From assembly GCA_023957975.1 (NCBI GenBank), contig JAMLGM010000003.1, forward strand, positions 12,024 to 76,023: 64,000 nucleotides of DNA, in the 5' to 3' direction. This document shows, one piece after another, positions 1 through 9,537 of this stretch (the stretch's first letter is position 1; every line of letters begins with the position of its first letter). Origin of the DNA: Microthrixaceae bacterium. GTDB lineage: Bacteria > Actinomycetota > Acidimicrobiia > Acidimicrobiales > Microtrichaceae. The notes under the pieces were generated by a model, which was not told the DNA's origin, ran no database searches, and was given only the letters and a program-made list of their open reading frames with translations. The position numbers and the translations under genes were made by a program.

Positions 1-1147
1 CGCGCGCCTCCCGGTAGGCGGCGAGCAAGGCTCTCAACTCGCGCATCAGGGATTGTTGGTGGTCGTCGGTGACGGCGCCGGCGACGCGAGAGACCGAGTC
101 GAGCACCTCGATGGTGGGGAAGTGGCCCTGCGATGCCAGTGACCGCGACAACGTGACGTGCCCATCGAGGATCGAGCGCGCAGTATCTCCGACCGGATCG
201 TTCATGTCGTCACCCTCGACGAGCACGGTGTACAGGCCGGTGATGCTGCCGTGCTCGGCCGCGCCGGCGCGTTCGAGCAGCTTCGGGAGCAGGCCGAACA
301 TCGAAGGTGGATAGCCGCGCGTGGCCGGAACCTCGCCTGCGGCAAGTCCGATTTCACGCTGGGCCATGGCGAATCGGGTGAGGCTGTCCATCATCAGGTT
401 GACGTTCTTGCCCTGGTCGCGGAACCACTCCGCGATTCGGGTGGCGACGAATGCCGCACGCTTGCGGACCAAGGCGGGTTGATCCGAGGTGGCGACGACG
501 ACGACGGCGCGCTGCAGTCCCTCCGGGCCGAGATCGTGTTCGATGAATTCGCGCACCTCGCGGCCGCGTTCGCCGATCAGCGCCAACACGGAGACGTCGG
601 CTTCGGTGCCTCGGATGATCATCGACAGCAGCGATGACTTGCCGACACCGGAGCCGGCCATGATTCCGATTCGCTGGCCGCGGCCGCACGGCACGAGGGT
701 GTCGAGTGCACGAACTCCGAGGTGCTGCGGTTGGCGCACGAGGGCACGTCGCAACGGATGCGGCGGCTCGGCGTCCACGTCGACGTGGGCGAGGGCATCG
801 AGCGAGGGGCCGTCGTCGAGGGGCACGCCCATTCCGTCGAGGACCCGGCCGAGCAATTCGAACCCGACCGGCACTCCGGGCGCGGCGGCGTCGATGCGTG
901 CCGGGGTGCCGATCTGCATTCCGCGAAGCTCGCCGAGGGGCATGCCGATCGGGCCGTGTTCGCCGAGCGCGACGATCTCTCCGAGCACTCCCGGGTGGTC
1001 GCCGAGCCGGACCATGTCGCCGATCGCGGCGGGAAGCCCTTCGATCTCGAAGGTGAGCCCGACCACGCGGACGACCCGGCCGGTGACGGTCGGCCTGGCG
1101 GCGTTCAACGCCTTGCGGATTGCGGGGTCGGTCAGAACTGAACTCAT
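1..1147 (-). CDS. fliI: Flagellum-specific ATPase FliI (C-terminus runs off the left edge)
   Basis: Absent from the ORF track because it is open at the window edge. My reverse-strand translation from ATG 1147 reads MSSVLTDPAIRKALNAARPTVTGRVVRVVGLTFEIEG, Walker A GIMAGSGVGKSSLLSMI, then REVREFIEHDLGPEGLQRAVVVVATSDQPALVRKRAAF and RGYPPSMF. ATGA overlap with the fliH stop. Confidence 0.9.
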   Translation of the reverse strand, partial: MSSVLTDPAIRKALNAARPTVTGRVVRVVGLTFEIEGLPAAIGDMVRLGDHPGVLGEIVALGEHGPIGMPLGELRGMQIGTPARIDAAAPGVPVGFELLGRVLDGMGVPLDDGPSLDALAHVDVDAEPPHPLRRALVRQPQHLGVRALDTLVPCGRGQRIGIMAGSGVGKSSLLSMIIRGTEADVSVLALIGERGREVREFIEHDLGPEGLQRAVVVVATSDQPALVRKRAAFVATRIAEWFRDQGKNVNLMMDSLTRFAMAQREIGLAAGEVPATRGYPPSMFGLLPKLLERAGAAEHGSITGLYTVLVEGDDMNDPVGDTARSILDGHVTLSRSLASQGHFPTIEVLDSVSRVAGAVTDDHQQSLMRELRALLAAYREAR

Positions 1148-1779
1148 GGCCGGACCTCGTCGCGGCCGCCCCGGCCACGGGCCAACTCGCGCCGGACGCG
1201 ATCGAGCGCTGGGCCGAGCTGCCCGTCGATCGTGGTGGAACCGACACTCAACACACATCCACCGCGTTCGACGGCGCTGTCTGCGATGAGTGCGATCGGG
1301 CGAGCGTCGAAGACCGGATCGGCGGCGTCGATGGTGGCCAGGTCGTCGGGGTTGAGGTGGGCGGCGACGTCGCCACGGTCGGGTGCGAGGGCCAAGGTGC
1401 GAACGAGCGCATCGCGCCCGGGATCCGCGGCGGTGTCCAACGCGCGACCGATCACCGCCTCGGCAATGGCCATGGCCAGGTCGACCACGTGGGCTCCGAA
1501 CGCTTCAACGCCGGCAACGTCGCGGTGATGCAGGTCCTCGACCGCTTCGGTGAGCGCCGTGAGCGCGTAGGAGATCTGGGGGGTGGCCGCAGTCATGGCC
1601 GCGACACGACCCTCGTCGAGTCCGCGGCGGTACCCCTCGAGGCGCTGGCGTTCGAATTCCGCCTCCATGGCCGTGTCGAGAGCCTCACGGTCGACGACGC
1701 TTTGCGTGCTCATGGCGATGGTCCCGCCGGGCAACGACAGGTCCTCGATGGTCGGGAACGGATCAGTCAACAACATCAT
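1144..1779 (-). CDS. fliH: Flagellar assembly protein FliH
   Basis: 211-aa ORF between fliG and fliI, translationally coupled to fliI (ATGA). The acidic coiled N-half (EAEFERQRLEGYRRGLDEG) and C-half (GGCVLSVGSTTIDGQL) are typical of FliH. Confidence 0.7.
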   Translation of the reverse strand: MMLLTDPFPTIEDLSLPGGTIAMSTQSVVDREALDTAMEAEFERQRLEGYRRGLDEGRVAAMTAATPQISYALTALTEAVEDLHHRDVAGVEAFGAHVVDLAMAIAEAVIGRALDTAADPGRDALVRTLALAPDRGDVAAHLNPDDLATIDAADPVFDARPIALIADSAVERGGCVLSVGSTTIDGQLGPALDRVRRELARGRGGRDEVRP

Positions 1780-2791
1780 CGAGTCCTCGGTTGATCACGA
1801 TGTCGCCGCTGTCTTCAAGGGTGCGGATGACCTTGACGACCTCGGTGCGGGCGAGCGCTACCTCGGCGGCGCGAACGCCTCGGAGCAGGTCGATCTCCTC
1901 CATCAGGTTCTCGGCAGCACGAGAGCTCATGTTCTTCAAGACCTTGGTCTTGGTGGTCTCATCGGCTCCCTTGAGTGCGACGGCGAGACCGCGGGTGTCG
2001 ACCTGGCGCAGGATCTGCTGGACCGCCCGATCGTCGAGGGTGACGATGTCTTCGAACGTGAACAGCTTGGCCCGGACCTCGTCGGCCAATTCGGGATCGA
2101 TCTGTTCGAGCTCCGCGAGCACGACCCGCTCGGTGGCCTTGTCGGAGCGGGTCAACAACGCGATCAAGCCCTCGGCGCCGCCGACCCGTTCTTCTGCGAG
2201 CTCGGCAAGCAGCGTCTGAGCGCGGTCGTGGAGCCGGTGTTCGATGGCGTCGATGGCGGCAGGATTGGTTCGTTCCATCGTCGCGACGCGGATGCCGAGG
2301 TCGCGCTGGGCTTCCTCATCGAACCCGGCGAGGACCCGGGCGGCGCGTTCAGGGCGCAGGTGGGCCAGCACGACGGCGACCGTCTGAGGATGTTCGTCGG
2401 CGAGCATCGACACGAGGGTCTCGATCTCGAACGGTGCGAGAAACCCGAACCGGCCGTGTTCGACCCGTCCGAACAGTTCCGCAGCGGCGATCGGACCGAG
2501 CGACAACTCGATGAGCTCGCGGACATCCTGGTGGGTGACCCTGACGTCGCCGCGTTGGCGTTCCGCGGTGCGAGCGAAGTCATCGATCACCCCGTCGATC
2601 GTCGGAGCGGTCACATAGCCGACCCGCTCAAGTTCTCGGGCGACCGCCGCGACGTCTTCGGTCGACAGCTCGCGCAACACGCGGGCAGCTCGTTGCCGGT
2701 CGAGGCTCATGATGAACACGGCGACCTTCTGCACGCCGCTGAGTCCGTCGATTCCATCAAAGCCGTCGACGGACGGCATCGTTGCGGTCAT
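1763..2791 (-). CDS. fliG: Flagellar motor switch protein FliG
   Basis: The translation carries FliG hallmarks (GVQKVAVFIMSL, EDIVTLDDRAVQQILRQVD, LAVALKGADE, MSSRAAENLMEEI). Start chosen at ATG 2791, which forms an ATGA overlap with the fliF stop. The ORF track extends to 2821. Confidence 0.9.
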   Translation of the reverse strand: MTATMPSVDGFDGIDGLSGVQKVAVFIMSLDRQRAARVLRELSTEDVAAVARELERVGYVTAPTIDGVIDDFARTAERQRGDVRVTHQDVRELIELSLGPIAAAELFGRVEHGRFGFLAPFEIETLVSMLADEHPQTVAVVLAHLRPERAARVLAGFDEEAQRDLGIRVATMERTNPAAIDAIEHRLHDRAQTLLAELAEERVGGAEGLIALLTRSDKATERVVLAELEQIDPELADEVRAKLFTFEDIVTLDDRAVQQILRQVDTRGLAVALKGADETTKTKVLKNMSSRAAENLMEEIDLLRGVRAAEVALARTEVVKVIRTLEDSGDIVINRGLDDVVD

Positions 2792-4476
2792 CGCGGGGTC
2801 TCGCGTCGATCGCCAAGCCACGACCGCAACAGGTCGGCGACTTCGTCGGGTTGGTTGTCGATGAGGTCACCGAGCGCCTCGCGTCGGCCGGTCGGATCGA
2901 TCGACCGCGAGGTCGCCTCGCTGGAGGCGGCGTCGAGCGCGGCGCTTACGGCGACCAACTCGCCGGGGCCGTCCTCGCGGTCGCTGCCCCCATATCCCTC
3001 GACGAGGTCCCGCTCGCTGGTGGGGAGCTCGCGGGTCATCATCTCGATCGGTTCGAGCGTCAGGTTCTTGCGCTTGCGGCGGCGCAGCACGAAGCCGATT
3101 ACGGCCACAGCAGCAACCCCGGCGACGGCGTACATCCAGATCGGGGTGGCGGTCGGTTCGTCGCCGTTCTCGCGAAATGCCAGTTCCTCGCGCATCGATT
3201 CCGTTGCGGTCTGGTCGAGCTTGAGCCGCGAGATCGCAACGGTGTCGCCACGGTCCGGATCCAAGCCGGCCGCGGCGGAAACCAGCGTCTGAACTTCGGT
3301 GATCTGGTCGGGGCCGATCGCATCCTCGTCGAGGACGACGGCGACCGACAGGCGATTGATCGCCCCGGGGGCCTTGGAGGTCTCCTCGACGACCTTGTCG
3401 ACGGCGTTGTTCACCTGCCGTTCGTCGAGTTGGTACCCTCCGGAGCCGTCGGTCGGGGAGTTGGTCCCTTCGGCCGAACCCTCGGTCCCGAGGACTCCGG
3501 CGGCATTGTCGCCAGCCCCGGAGCCCGAGTAGTTCTCGCTCCTCGTCGATTCGTTGATCGCCAGCGCCTGGCCAGGCACGATCGTCGACGGTGGTGCGTA
3601 GGACTCCGACACCGACTTCGATGAGTCGAAGTCCAGGTCGGCGGCGACGGTGACGCTGGCATGGCCCTCGCCGACGATCTTGGCCAGCATCGACTCGATC
3701 GATCCGGCAAGCGAGGTTTCGTACGCCGCGGTCGTTTCCTGGTTGTCGACCCCGCCACCCCCGGTGCCCACCGGCCCGTTGGGGGAGGCGAGCACGCGCC
3801 CCTCGGCGTCGGTGACGGTGACGTCGCTCGGATCGAGGTTCTCAATCGCGCCCGAAACGAGGTTCACGACCGCTTGGACCTGGCTGCCAGACAACGAGGA
3901 ATTACCTTCGGTCTTGACCATGACCGAACCGGTCGCGGCCTGGTGGTCGAGTGCGAACGTGCTGTTCTTCGGGAGCGCGAGATGGACGGTTGCGGCGACG
4001 ACGCCGTCGATCGACTCGATCGTGGTGGCGAGTTCGCCTTCCATCGCCCGTTGGTAGTTGACGTGTTGACTGAACTCGGAGCTGGTCAGGTCGGTGTTGT
4101 CGAGGATCCCGTATCCGACCTTGCCGGAACCCGGGAGGTCGACCGAGGCGACGTCGATCCGCGTCTGATACACACGATCCTTTGGCACCATGATGGTCGA
4201 GCCTCCGCCGGCGAGTTCGTACGGAACGCCGAGCGAGTCGAGTTGTGCGGTGATGGCCTGGGCGTCCTCGGCGACCAGGTTGGTCATGAGCGGCGCGAAC
4301 TCGGTCTTGTTGCCGAAGACGCTCATCGCCAGGACGCCGATCACCACCAGCGCCGCCGCGGCGCCCATCATGGCGCGCTGTCCCGGGGAGAACGCGGCCA
4401 GCGAGTCGGTGGCCTTGGCGTTCCAACCGGCAAGCCCTGCGGAGCTTTCGGCGTTGGGATTCATCGTGTCGACCAT
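2788..4476 (-). CDS. fliF: Flagellar M-ring protein FliF
   Basis: 562 aa. N-terminal TM segment, then LVAEDAQAITAQLDSLGVPYEL, YQRAMEGELATTIESIDGV, a second TM near the C-terminus and an acidic tail. Sits in the fliE-fliF-fliG order. Confidence 0.9.
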   Translation of the reverse strand: MVDTMNPNAESSAGLAGWNAKATDSLAAFSPGQRAMMGAAAALVVIGVLAMSVFGNKTEFAPLMTNLVAEDAQAITAQLDSLGVPYELAGGGSTIMVPKDRVYQTRIDVASVDLPGSGKVGYGILDNTDLTSSEFSQHVNYQRAMEGELATTIESIDGVVAATVHLALPKNSTFALDHQAATGSVMVKTEGNSSLSGSQVQAVVNLVSGAIENLDPSDVTVTDAEGRVLASPNGPVGTGGGGVDNQETTAAYETSLAGSIESMLAKIVGEGHASVTVAADLDFDSSKSVSESYAPPSTIVPGQALAINESTRSENYSGSGAGDNAAGVLGTEGSAEGTNSPTDGSGGYQLDERQVNNAVDKVVEETSKAPGAINRLSVAVVLDEDAIGPDQITEVQTLVSAAAGLDPDRGDTVAISRLKLDQTATESMREELAFRENGDEPTATPIWMYAVAGVAAVAVIGFVLRRRKRKNLTLEPIEMMTRELPTSERDLVEGYGGSDREDGPGELVAVSAALDAASSEATSRSIDPTGRREALGDLIDNQPDEVADLLRSWLGDRRETPR

Positions 4477-4481
4477 CTACC

Positions 4482-4802
4482 TCAGACCTGCATTCTCATG
4501 ATCTCGTTGAACGCCTCGAGCGCCTTGTTGCGCACGGCGACGGTCAACTGGGTGCTGAGCTGCGCTTCGGTCGCAGCCATCATGTAGTCCTCGATGCTCT
4601 GCAGATTGCCGGTCGCAGCGTCGCGGGCGAGCTGGTCGGCGTAGAGGTGCTGATCGTTGAGGCTGTTCAGCGCGCCGGAGATCGCGGTGTCGAACCCCTC
4701 GGCCCCGCTGGAGCGGGTCGACAGGTTCGAGTCGGTCGGGGTCGCGACCGGGGCGACCGTGGCACTGGACAGTCCGGCGGAGACGGGGCTGATGATCGCC
4801 AC
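4482..4802 (-). CDS. fliE: Flagellar hook-basal body complex protein FliE
   Basis: 106 aa, position between flgC and fliF, C-terminal LTVAVRNKALEAFNEIMRMQV typical of FliE. Confidence 0.8.
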   Translation of the reverse strand: MAIISPVSAGLSSATVAPVATPTDSNLSTRSSGAEGFDTAISGALNSLNDQHLYADQLARDAATGNLQSIEDYMMAATEAQLSTQLTVAVRNKALEAFNEIMRMQV

Positions 4803-4804
4803 GG

Positions 4805-5236
4805 CTACTTACCGATCTCGAGTGCTCGAAGGTACGAATCGCGAGCCCGCTCGAACACCGAGGTGTTCACCTGGTACGCGCGTTGGGCGATGATCATGTT
4901 GGTCATCTGTTCGCCGAGGTCGACGTTCGGCAAACGCACGAGACCCTCTTCGTTGGCGAGTGGATGATCGGGCTGATACGCGAGGATCCCCTCCGGGTCG
5001 TTCTCGACGATGCGACTCACCGAGGTCCCCCGACCGATCTGGCCGCGCACACCGTGGCCGGAGCCAGGTCGCGATTGTGCGACGACGTACTTCGACTCGT
5101 ACGCGTTCTCGTCCATTCCACGCACGGTCGACACGTTGGCGACGTTGTCGGCGATGGCGTCGAGCCACACCTTGTAGGTGCTCATCCCCGAGGCCGCGAC
5201 CCCGAGTGCGGAAAACATTGCGCCCATCGCCATCAC
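4805..5236 (-). CDS. flgC: Flagellar basal-body rod protein FlgC
   Basis: 143 aa with SGMSTYKVWLDAIADNVANVST and IIAQRAYQVNTSVF rod-protein motifs. ATGA overlap with the flgB stop. Confidence 0.9.
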   Translation of the reverse strand: MMAMGAMFSALGVAASGMSTYKVWLDAIADNVANVSTVRGMDENAYESKYVVAQSRPGSGHGVRGQIGRGTSVSRIVENDPEGILAYQPDHPLANEEGLVRLPNVDLGEQMTNMIIAQRAYQVNTSVFERARDSYLRALEIGK

Positions 5237-5577
5237 CCCGTAATCACGGTGCGCAACAGGCCGTACTTGGCGTTCGCAGCGGAGATCAGAAGCTGCTGGC
5301 TCAACGCCGTCTCGGTGAGCGAGGTGATCTCGCGTTCGAGTTGCACGTTGTTGCCGTTGGGCAGCGGAGCGTCGTTGGTGAAGGTGGTCGTGGCCCGCGC
5401 CGTCTGCGGAGTGCCGGCGTCGACCGCCCGGGTGAGCTGCGACTCGAAATCGACGCGTCGGGCGCGGTAGCCGGGAGTCTCGACGTTCGCGATGGCGTCC
5501 TCGTGTTGGGACTTGCGCAGGTTCAGGCCACGCAGCCCCGATCCGAGGGTTTCGAGGGTGAGGTCGCTGATCATCAC
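5233..5577 (-). CDS. flgB: Flagellar basal-body rod protein FlgB
   Basis: 114 aa, HEDAIANVETPGYRARRVDFE motif, first gene of the flgB-fliI run. Confidence 0.85.
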   Translation of the reverse strand: MMISDLTLETLGSGLRGLNLRKSQHEDAIANVETPGYRARRVDFESQLTRAVDAGTPQTARATTTFTNDAPLPNGNNVQLEREITSLTETALSQQLLISAANAKYGLLRTVITG

Positions 5578-5707
5578 ACGATCCTCGATCGGGATCGCGT
5601 TGATGCAGCGCAGTCGGTGCGCAGGGAACGCGGAATCATCAGATCTCCAACAAGTGGTCCGTCGCCGGTCCCTGGCGAGTGACGTGAGCGCTCCGTTGCT
5701 CCGACTT

Positions 5708-5734
5708 CTATCGGCACCCCGAAGCGCAATCTGA
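5708..5734 (-). promoter_or_regulatory. Putative sigma-28 (FliA/WhiG)-type promoter of the flgB-fliI operon
   Basis: The minus strand reads CCTCAG-15 nt-GCCGATAG (TCAG = 5734..5731, GCCGATAG = 5715..5708), about 130 nt upstream of the flgB ATG. Same geometry as three other sites in the window. Confidence 0.45.
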
Positions 5735-5843
5735 GGAGATCAGCGCGGATCTGTAGAAAAACCCGACGGTCGACCCATGATCGACCATCGGTGGTGGGTC
5801 TCGCGGCCCAGCGGTCGGCGAGATGAGGTTGGCCAGCGTACTT

Positions 5844-6185
5844 CTAGGCCGAGGTGTCGAGTCGGCTGGGTTCCGGGCTGGAGTGGGCCCAGCGCCGCGG
5901 TCCGCGAGACGTGGTCCCGCGCAGTTCGGAGTCGATCTCGCAGAGTCGTGAACGGCACAAGGTGGTGACGTGCCCGATGCGTTCGACGACCAGGTTCGCG
6001 AGTTCGGTGAGCTCCTCGGGGATGGGGCCGAGCTCCACCGGAAGACGCTGCGGCGAGACCGACTCGTAGTCTCCGGCATCGATGTCGGAGAGGATCGCCG
6101 AGAGCTCGCGCCGCCACGATGCCGCCGCTTCAGTCGGATCGTTCGTCGGCACGGTCACGGGTCCCACCTCGCACTTCACCGTCAT
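5844..6185 (-). CDS. Hypothetical protein translationally coupled to fliS (possible flagellar chaperone or accessory protein)
   Basis: Start taken at the internal ATG 6185 (MTVKCEVGPV...), which forms an ATGA overlap with the fliS stop at 6182-6184. 113 aa, no family recognised. Confidence 0.4.
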   Translation of the reverse strand: MTVKCEVGPVTVPTNDPTEAAASWRRELSAILSDIDAGDYESVSPQRLPVELGPIPEELTELANLVVERIGHVTTLCRSRLCEIDSELRGTTSRGPRRWAHSSPEPSRLDTSA

Positions 6186-6703
6186 CGCTGCGCGGCAGGG
6201 CCGCCGGCCATCACCGAGTTCGCGGCCTGCTCCCAGGCGTCGCAGAGCGGTTCGATGTGCGATCGGCACTCGCGAACCGTTGCAGCGTCTTTGGTCATGT
6301 TGGCGTCGAGGAGTCGGCGGTACAGGTACTCATAGAGTGCGCCGAGTTGTTCGGCCGCAGCCCAGGCGTCGCGATCGAGCGCCTCGTCGAGGGCCAACAC
6401 GATGTCCTGGGCGTGCTGGAGATTCCGGCTCGTCGCCTCGAAGTCTCGATCCGCGATGCCCGCTTCGGCCGCGACGAGGTCCCGACACAGCCGTTGATAC
6501 AACGCCACCAGCAGTTGCGGTTTGGACATCGTCGCCTGGCCATCGCGCGCGTAGCGGGCCCGCGCCGCAGCCACCTTCGTCGTGCTGCTTGGCGGAGTCG
6601 GAAGTGGCGCAGCAGCACGCTCGAGCGGCAACAGCGTTTGCGATGTGTGGCCAGCGGTGGGCAGTGCGGGAGCGGTCGGGTGCTGGACGGGGGCGAGAGG
6701 CAT
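6182..6703 (-). CDS. fliS: Flagellar export chaperone FliS (with a P/A/T-rich N-terminal extension)
   Basis: The core RYARDGQATMSKPQLLVALYQRLCRDLVAAEAGI...HAQDIVLALDEAL matches the FliS helical-bundle pattern. Located downstream of fliD. Confidence 0.8.
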   Translation of the reverse strand: MPLAPVQHPTAPALPTAGHTSQTLLPLERAAAPLPTPPSSTTKVAAARARYARDGQATMSKPQLLVALYQRLCRDLVAAEAGIADRDFEATSRNLQHAQDIVLALDEALDRDAWAAAEQLGALYEYLYRRLLDANMTKDAATVRECRSHIEPLCDAWEQAANSVMAGGPAAQR

Positions 6704-6729
6704 TCGGTCGAGTCCTAGGGCGTGCAGGG

Positions 6730-8634
6730 CTACTTGGAATTGTTCGAATTGAGCCCAGCGGTCATCGACGAGACCATCGAGCCGGTTGCGTTCATCGAGC
6801 TGAGCAACGTCTCGAGCGCCGCGAACTGCGCCTTGAGGCGAAGCTCGCGGGCGTCGAGCCGGATCTGGTATTGGTCGATCGACTTCTGGAAGTTGGTGAT
6901 CTGAGTTTCACGGGAATTCTTCGCCTTGGCGAGGTAGCCGAACTCCTTGTCGACGGCGTTGTTCACCGCGCCGAGCAGGCGTTGGGCGATACCCGGCTCG
7001 TAGGTGAGGTCGAATGTGCCCGCTTGAGTGGTGCGTACCGACAGACCGCTGAGTTGCCCATTCGTGGTGGCCAGCGACAACGTCTGGCCGACGCCGGTGG
7101 CGCTTTGGCCGTTGATGGTTCCGATGACGTCGGTTCCCGATGCCGAGGTGTAGGAGGGGCTGCCGGCGATGTCATCCCAGCTGACATCGAATGACGTGCC
7201 GCTTCCGTAGGCGTTCGAACGGATCTCGATGCCGCCGCCGCTGGCAGTCGCCTGGAGTGCGAAACCGCCCACTTGGAGCTTCGTGTTCAGCGAACCCGCC
7301 AGCGTGGCCGCATCGGCGGGTCCGTTTGTCAGATCGATGTCGTTGCCGGCGCCGTAGCCGACCGCCATGACGATTTCGACCCCGTTCAGTTTGACCCGGA
7401 TGGTCGCCGGGTTGGTGATCGGAACCTGTCCCACCATGCCCAGCTGGCTCGCCTGGGTGGCGGCCTGGGTGACGACCACCTGGTGGCTGCCCGCTGCGAG
7501 GAGCGCTCCGGCGGACGTGAGCGACACGGCGCTGGATGCAGATCCGCCGCTGGTGGCCGAGGAACCCTGGACGAACAGGCGCTCGACCGCGGTCGGGTCG
7601 GCGTTGTAGGCGGAGAGAAACTTGGCCTCGTCGAACTGGACGGCGCCGTTGCGGTCGACGGAGATTCCGGCGGCCCCCGCCGAGCCCAGCGGAGATTGAG
7701 CGACGGCGTCGGTCAACGCTCGCGTGAGCGCCTGGGTGGCCTGGCGCGCAGCGGCATCGCCCGACAGCGTGGATCCGCGGGAGGTGGCGGCGTTGAACGC
7801 CGTCTGCTTCTTGATCTCGGCCAGGGCGTCGTTGACCGAAGTGGCGAGCGCCTTGACCCGCTCGGCCAGCGCCTTGCCATCGCGCTCGACCGAGATGGTG
7901 ACCGCTTCGTTCGACACCGCCTTCGCGGTGATCGTGATGCCCGAGACGAGCTCGGAGAAGGTGTTGGTGCTCGAGGTCACGCTATAGGCGTTGGCGCCTT
8001 CGCCGATCGTGAGCTGGGCGTCTCTGCCTTGGGACGTGACGGCTGCACCGTAGGCGGCGTCGAGCCCTGCGAGATCGAAGGTGGATGCCGCCCCGGAGGA
8101 GGCGGAGGACATCTGGAGGCGGAATCCGGATCCGGTGTTGACCACGGTGGCACGCACCCCGAGCCCAGCGTTGTTGACCGCCGAGGCGATCTCGTCGATC
8201 GATCCGGAACCCACCGAAAGGCTGGTCGTGGTGCCTGCGACGGTGAGCGAGATGGTGCTCGAACCTCCGGTGGTCATCGACGTGGTTCGATCGGCCACCT
8301 GGGCGCTGGTGAGGGTGTGGGCGGCGGCGAGTTGGGAGACGGTGAAGGTGAGCGACCCTGCCGCGGTCGTCGCTCCGCTGGAGACCTGGGCGGTGGCGAG
8401 GGCGATGTTCGACGAGGTGGTGGCGCTCAACGACCAGTCGTTGGTGCGGTCGAGGTTGTTCGCGGCGGTCGTCACCGCGGTCATTTTGGTCAGGATGGAG
8501 TTGTAGGCGTCGATCGCCGACTGCGCCTTGGCCTGGCGCGCCTCCATCTGGTTGACCGGGATCCGCTCGATCGCCATCAGGCTGGTGATGATTTTGGCGG
8601 TGTCGAGACCGCTGGCCAGACCGTCAATCGCCAT
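6730..8634 (-). CDS. fliD: Flagellar filament cap protein FliD (hook-associated protein 2)
   Basis: 634 aa. N-terminus MAIDGLASGLDTAKIITSLMAIERIPVNQMEARQ and C-terminus QYQIRLDARELRLKAQFAALETLLSSM are typical FliD termini. Confidence 0.85.
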   Translation of the reverse strand: MAIDGLASGLDTAKIITSLMAIERIPVNQMEARQAKAQSAIDAYNSILTKMTAVTTAANNLDRTNDWSLSATTSSNIALATAQVSSGATTAAGSLTFTVSQLAAAHTLTSAQVADRTTSMTTGGSSTISLTVAGTTTSLSVGSGSIDEIASAVNNAGLGVRATVVNTGSGFRLQMSSASSGAASTFDLAGLDAAYGAAVTSQGRDAQLTIGEGANAYSVTSSTNTFSELVSGITITAKAVSNEAVTISVERDGKALAERVKALATSVNDALAEIKKQTAFNAATSRGSTLSGDAAARQATQALTRALTDAVAQSPLGSAGAAGISVDRNGAVQFDEAKFLSAYNADPTAVERLFVQGSSATSGGSASSAVSLTSAGALLAAGSHQVVVTQAATQASQLGMVGQVPITNPATIRVKLNGVEIVMAVGYGAGNDIDLTNGPADAATLAGSLNTKLQVGGFALQATASGGGIEIRSNAYGSGTSFDVSWDDIAGSPSYTSASGTDVIGTINGQSATGVGQTLSLATTNGQLSGLSVRTTQAGTFDLTYEPGIAQRLLGAVNNAVDKEFGYLAKAKNSRETQITNFQKSIDQYQIRLDARELRLKAQFAALETLLSSMNATGSMVSSMTAGLNSNNSK

Positions 8635-8661
8635 GGCGGGCCACCTTTCGTGGGTGAGCGC

Positions 8662-8698
8662 CTACGGGATGCGAGGCACCATGTCTCGCATCCCGTAG
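8662..8698 (-). terminator. Stem-loop between fliC and fliD (terminator or attenuator)
   Basis: Perfect 14-bp inverted repeat ctacgggatgcgag (8662-8675) / ctcgcatcccgtag (8685-8698) with a 9-nt loop, 12 nt after the fliC stop. No U-tract follows. Confidence 0.5.
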
Positions 8699-8709
8699 TG
8701 CTGGTGGGG

Positions 8710-9531
8710 TTACTGCAGGAGGCTGAGCACCGACTGGCTGAGGCTGTTGGCCTGGCCGAGCATGGAGGTTCCGGCCTGCATGAGGACCTGGTTCTTGGTG
8801 AAGTTGGTCATTTCGGAGGCCATGTCGACGTCGCGGATGCGTGACTCCGAGGACACGAGGTTCTCGGTGGTGACCTGCAGGTTGTTGATGACCGATTCGA
8901 AGCGGTTCTGGGTGGCGCCGAGCTTGCCGCGTTCGGTCGACACGGTGGTGATGGCCGTATCGAGTGCGGTGATCGCCGCCGCCGGTCCGCCAGCGGCGGT
9001 GAGGTCGAGGGTGGAAATCGCCAGCGCCCCGGCCCCGGTGCCCATGTTGGCGACTCCGACCGTGATGGTGTCGCCATTGTTGGCGCCGACCTGGAAGACC
9101 CGACCGGTGAAGGTGCCGTCGAGCAGCGCCTGGGAACCGAACTTGGTCTTGGTGGCGATGTCGTTGATCTGGGTCCGCAACTCGGCGAACTCGGCCTGGT
9201 TGGCGGCGATCGCTGCGGTGTCCATGGTGCCGGTGTTGGCGGCGCCGACGGCGAGGTCGCGCATGCGGTTCAGCATGGAGTGGACCTCGGTGAGCGCACC
9301 TTCAGCGGTCTGTGCGACCGAGATGCCGTCTTGGGCGTTGCGGGTGGCCTGCTTGAGTCCGGAGATCTGGGCTCGCAGGTTCTGGGAGATGACCAGGCCT
9401 GCGGCGTCGTCCGCCGCGCGGTTGATGCGGAAACCCGAGGAGAGCTTTTCGAGGCTCTTGCCCATCGAGGTGTTCGTGCTGGACAGGTTGCGCCAGGCGT
9501 TGAAGGCGGCGACGTTGTTGTTGATACGCAT
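8710..9531 (-). CDS. fliC: Flagellin FliC
   Basis: Start set at ATG 9531 (MRINNNVAAFNAWRNLSSTNTSMGKSLEKLSSGFRINRAADDAAGL), preceded by GGAGGA. C-terminus MTNFTKNQVLMQAGTSMLGQANSLSQSVLSLLQ. 273 aa. The ORF-track extension to 9819 is upstream read-through. Confidence 0.95.
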   Translation of the reverse strand: MRINNNVAAFNAWRNLSSTNTSMGKSLEKLSSGFRINRAADDAAGLVISQNLRAQISGLKQATRNAQDGISVAQTAEGALTEVHSMLNRMRDLAVGAANTGTMDTAAIAANQAEFAELRTQINDIATKTKFGSQALLDGTFTGRVFQVGANNGDTITVGVANMGTGAGALAISTLDLTAAGGPAAAITALDTAITTVSTERGKLGATQNRFESVINNLQVTTENLVSSESRIRDVDMASEMTNFTKNQVLMQAGTSMLGQANSLSQSVLSLLQ

Positions 9532-9537
9532 GGTTGT

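Noticed and set aside
354-1247. 297-aa minus-strand ORF, and the 489-1289 plus-strand ORF, covering the fliI region
   Set aside because: Extremely Arg/Pro/Gly-rich, with no recognisable motifs. A different minus-strand frame gives a textbook FliI with Walker A. These are frame shadows typical of high-GC DNA.
7273-8844. 523-aa plus-strand ORF antisense to fliD
   Set aside because: Low-complexity G/R/D-rich translation. The opposite strand encodes an unmistakable FliD. The same reasoning applies to 15159-16742 (antisense to flhA), 34770-36257, 36527-37630, 39529-40701, 50318-51412, 53646-55052, 56456-57649, 59164-60351 and 62288-63700.
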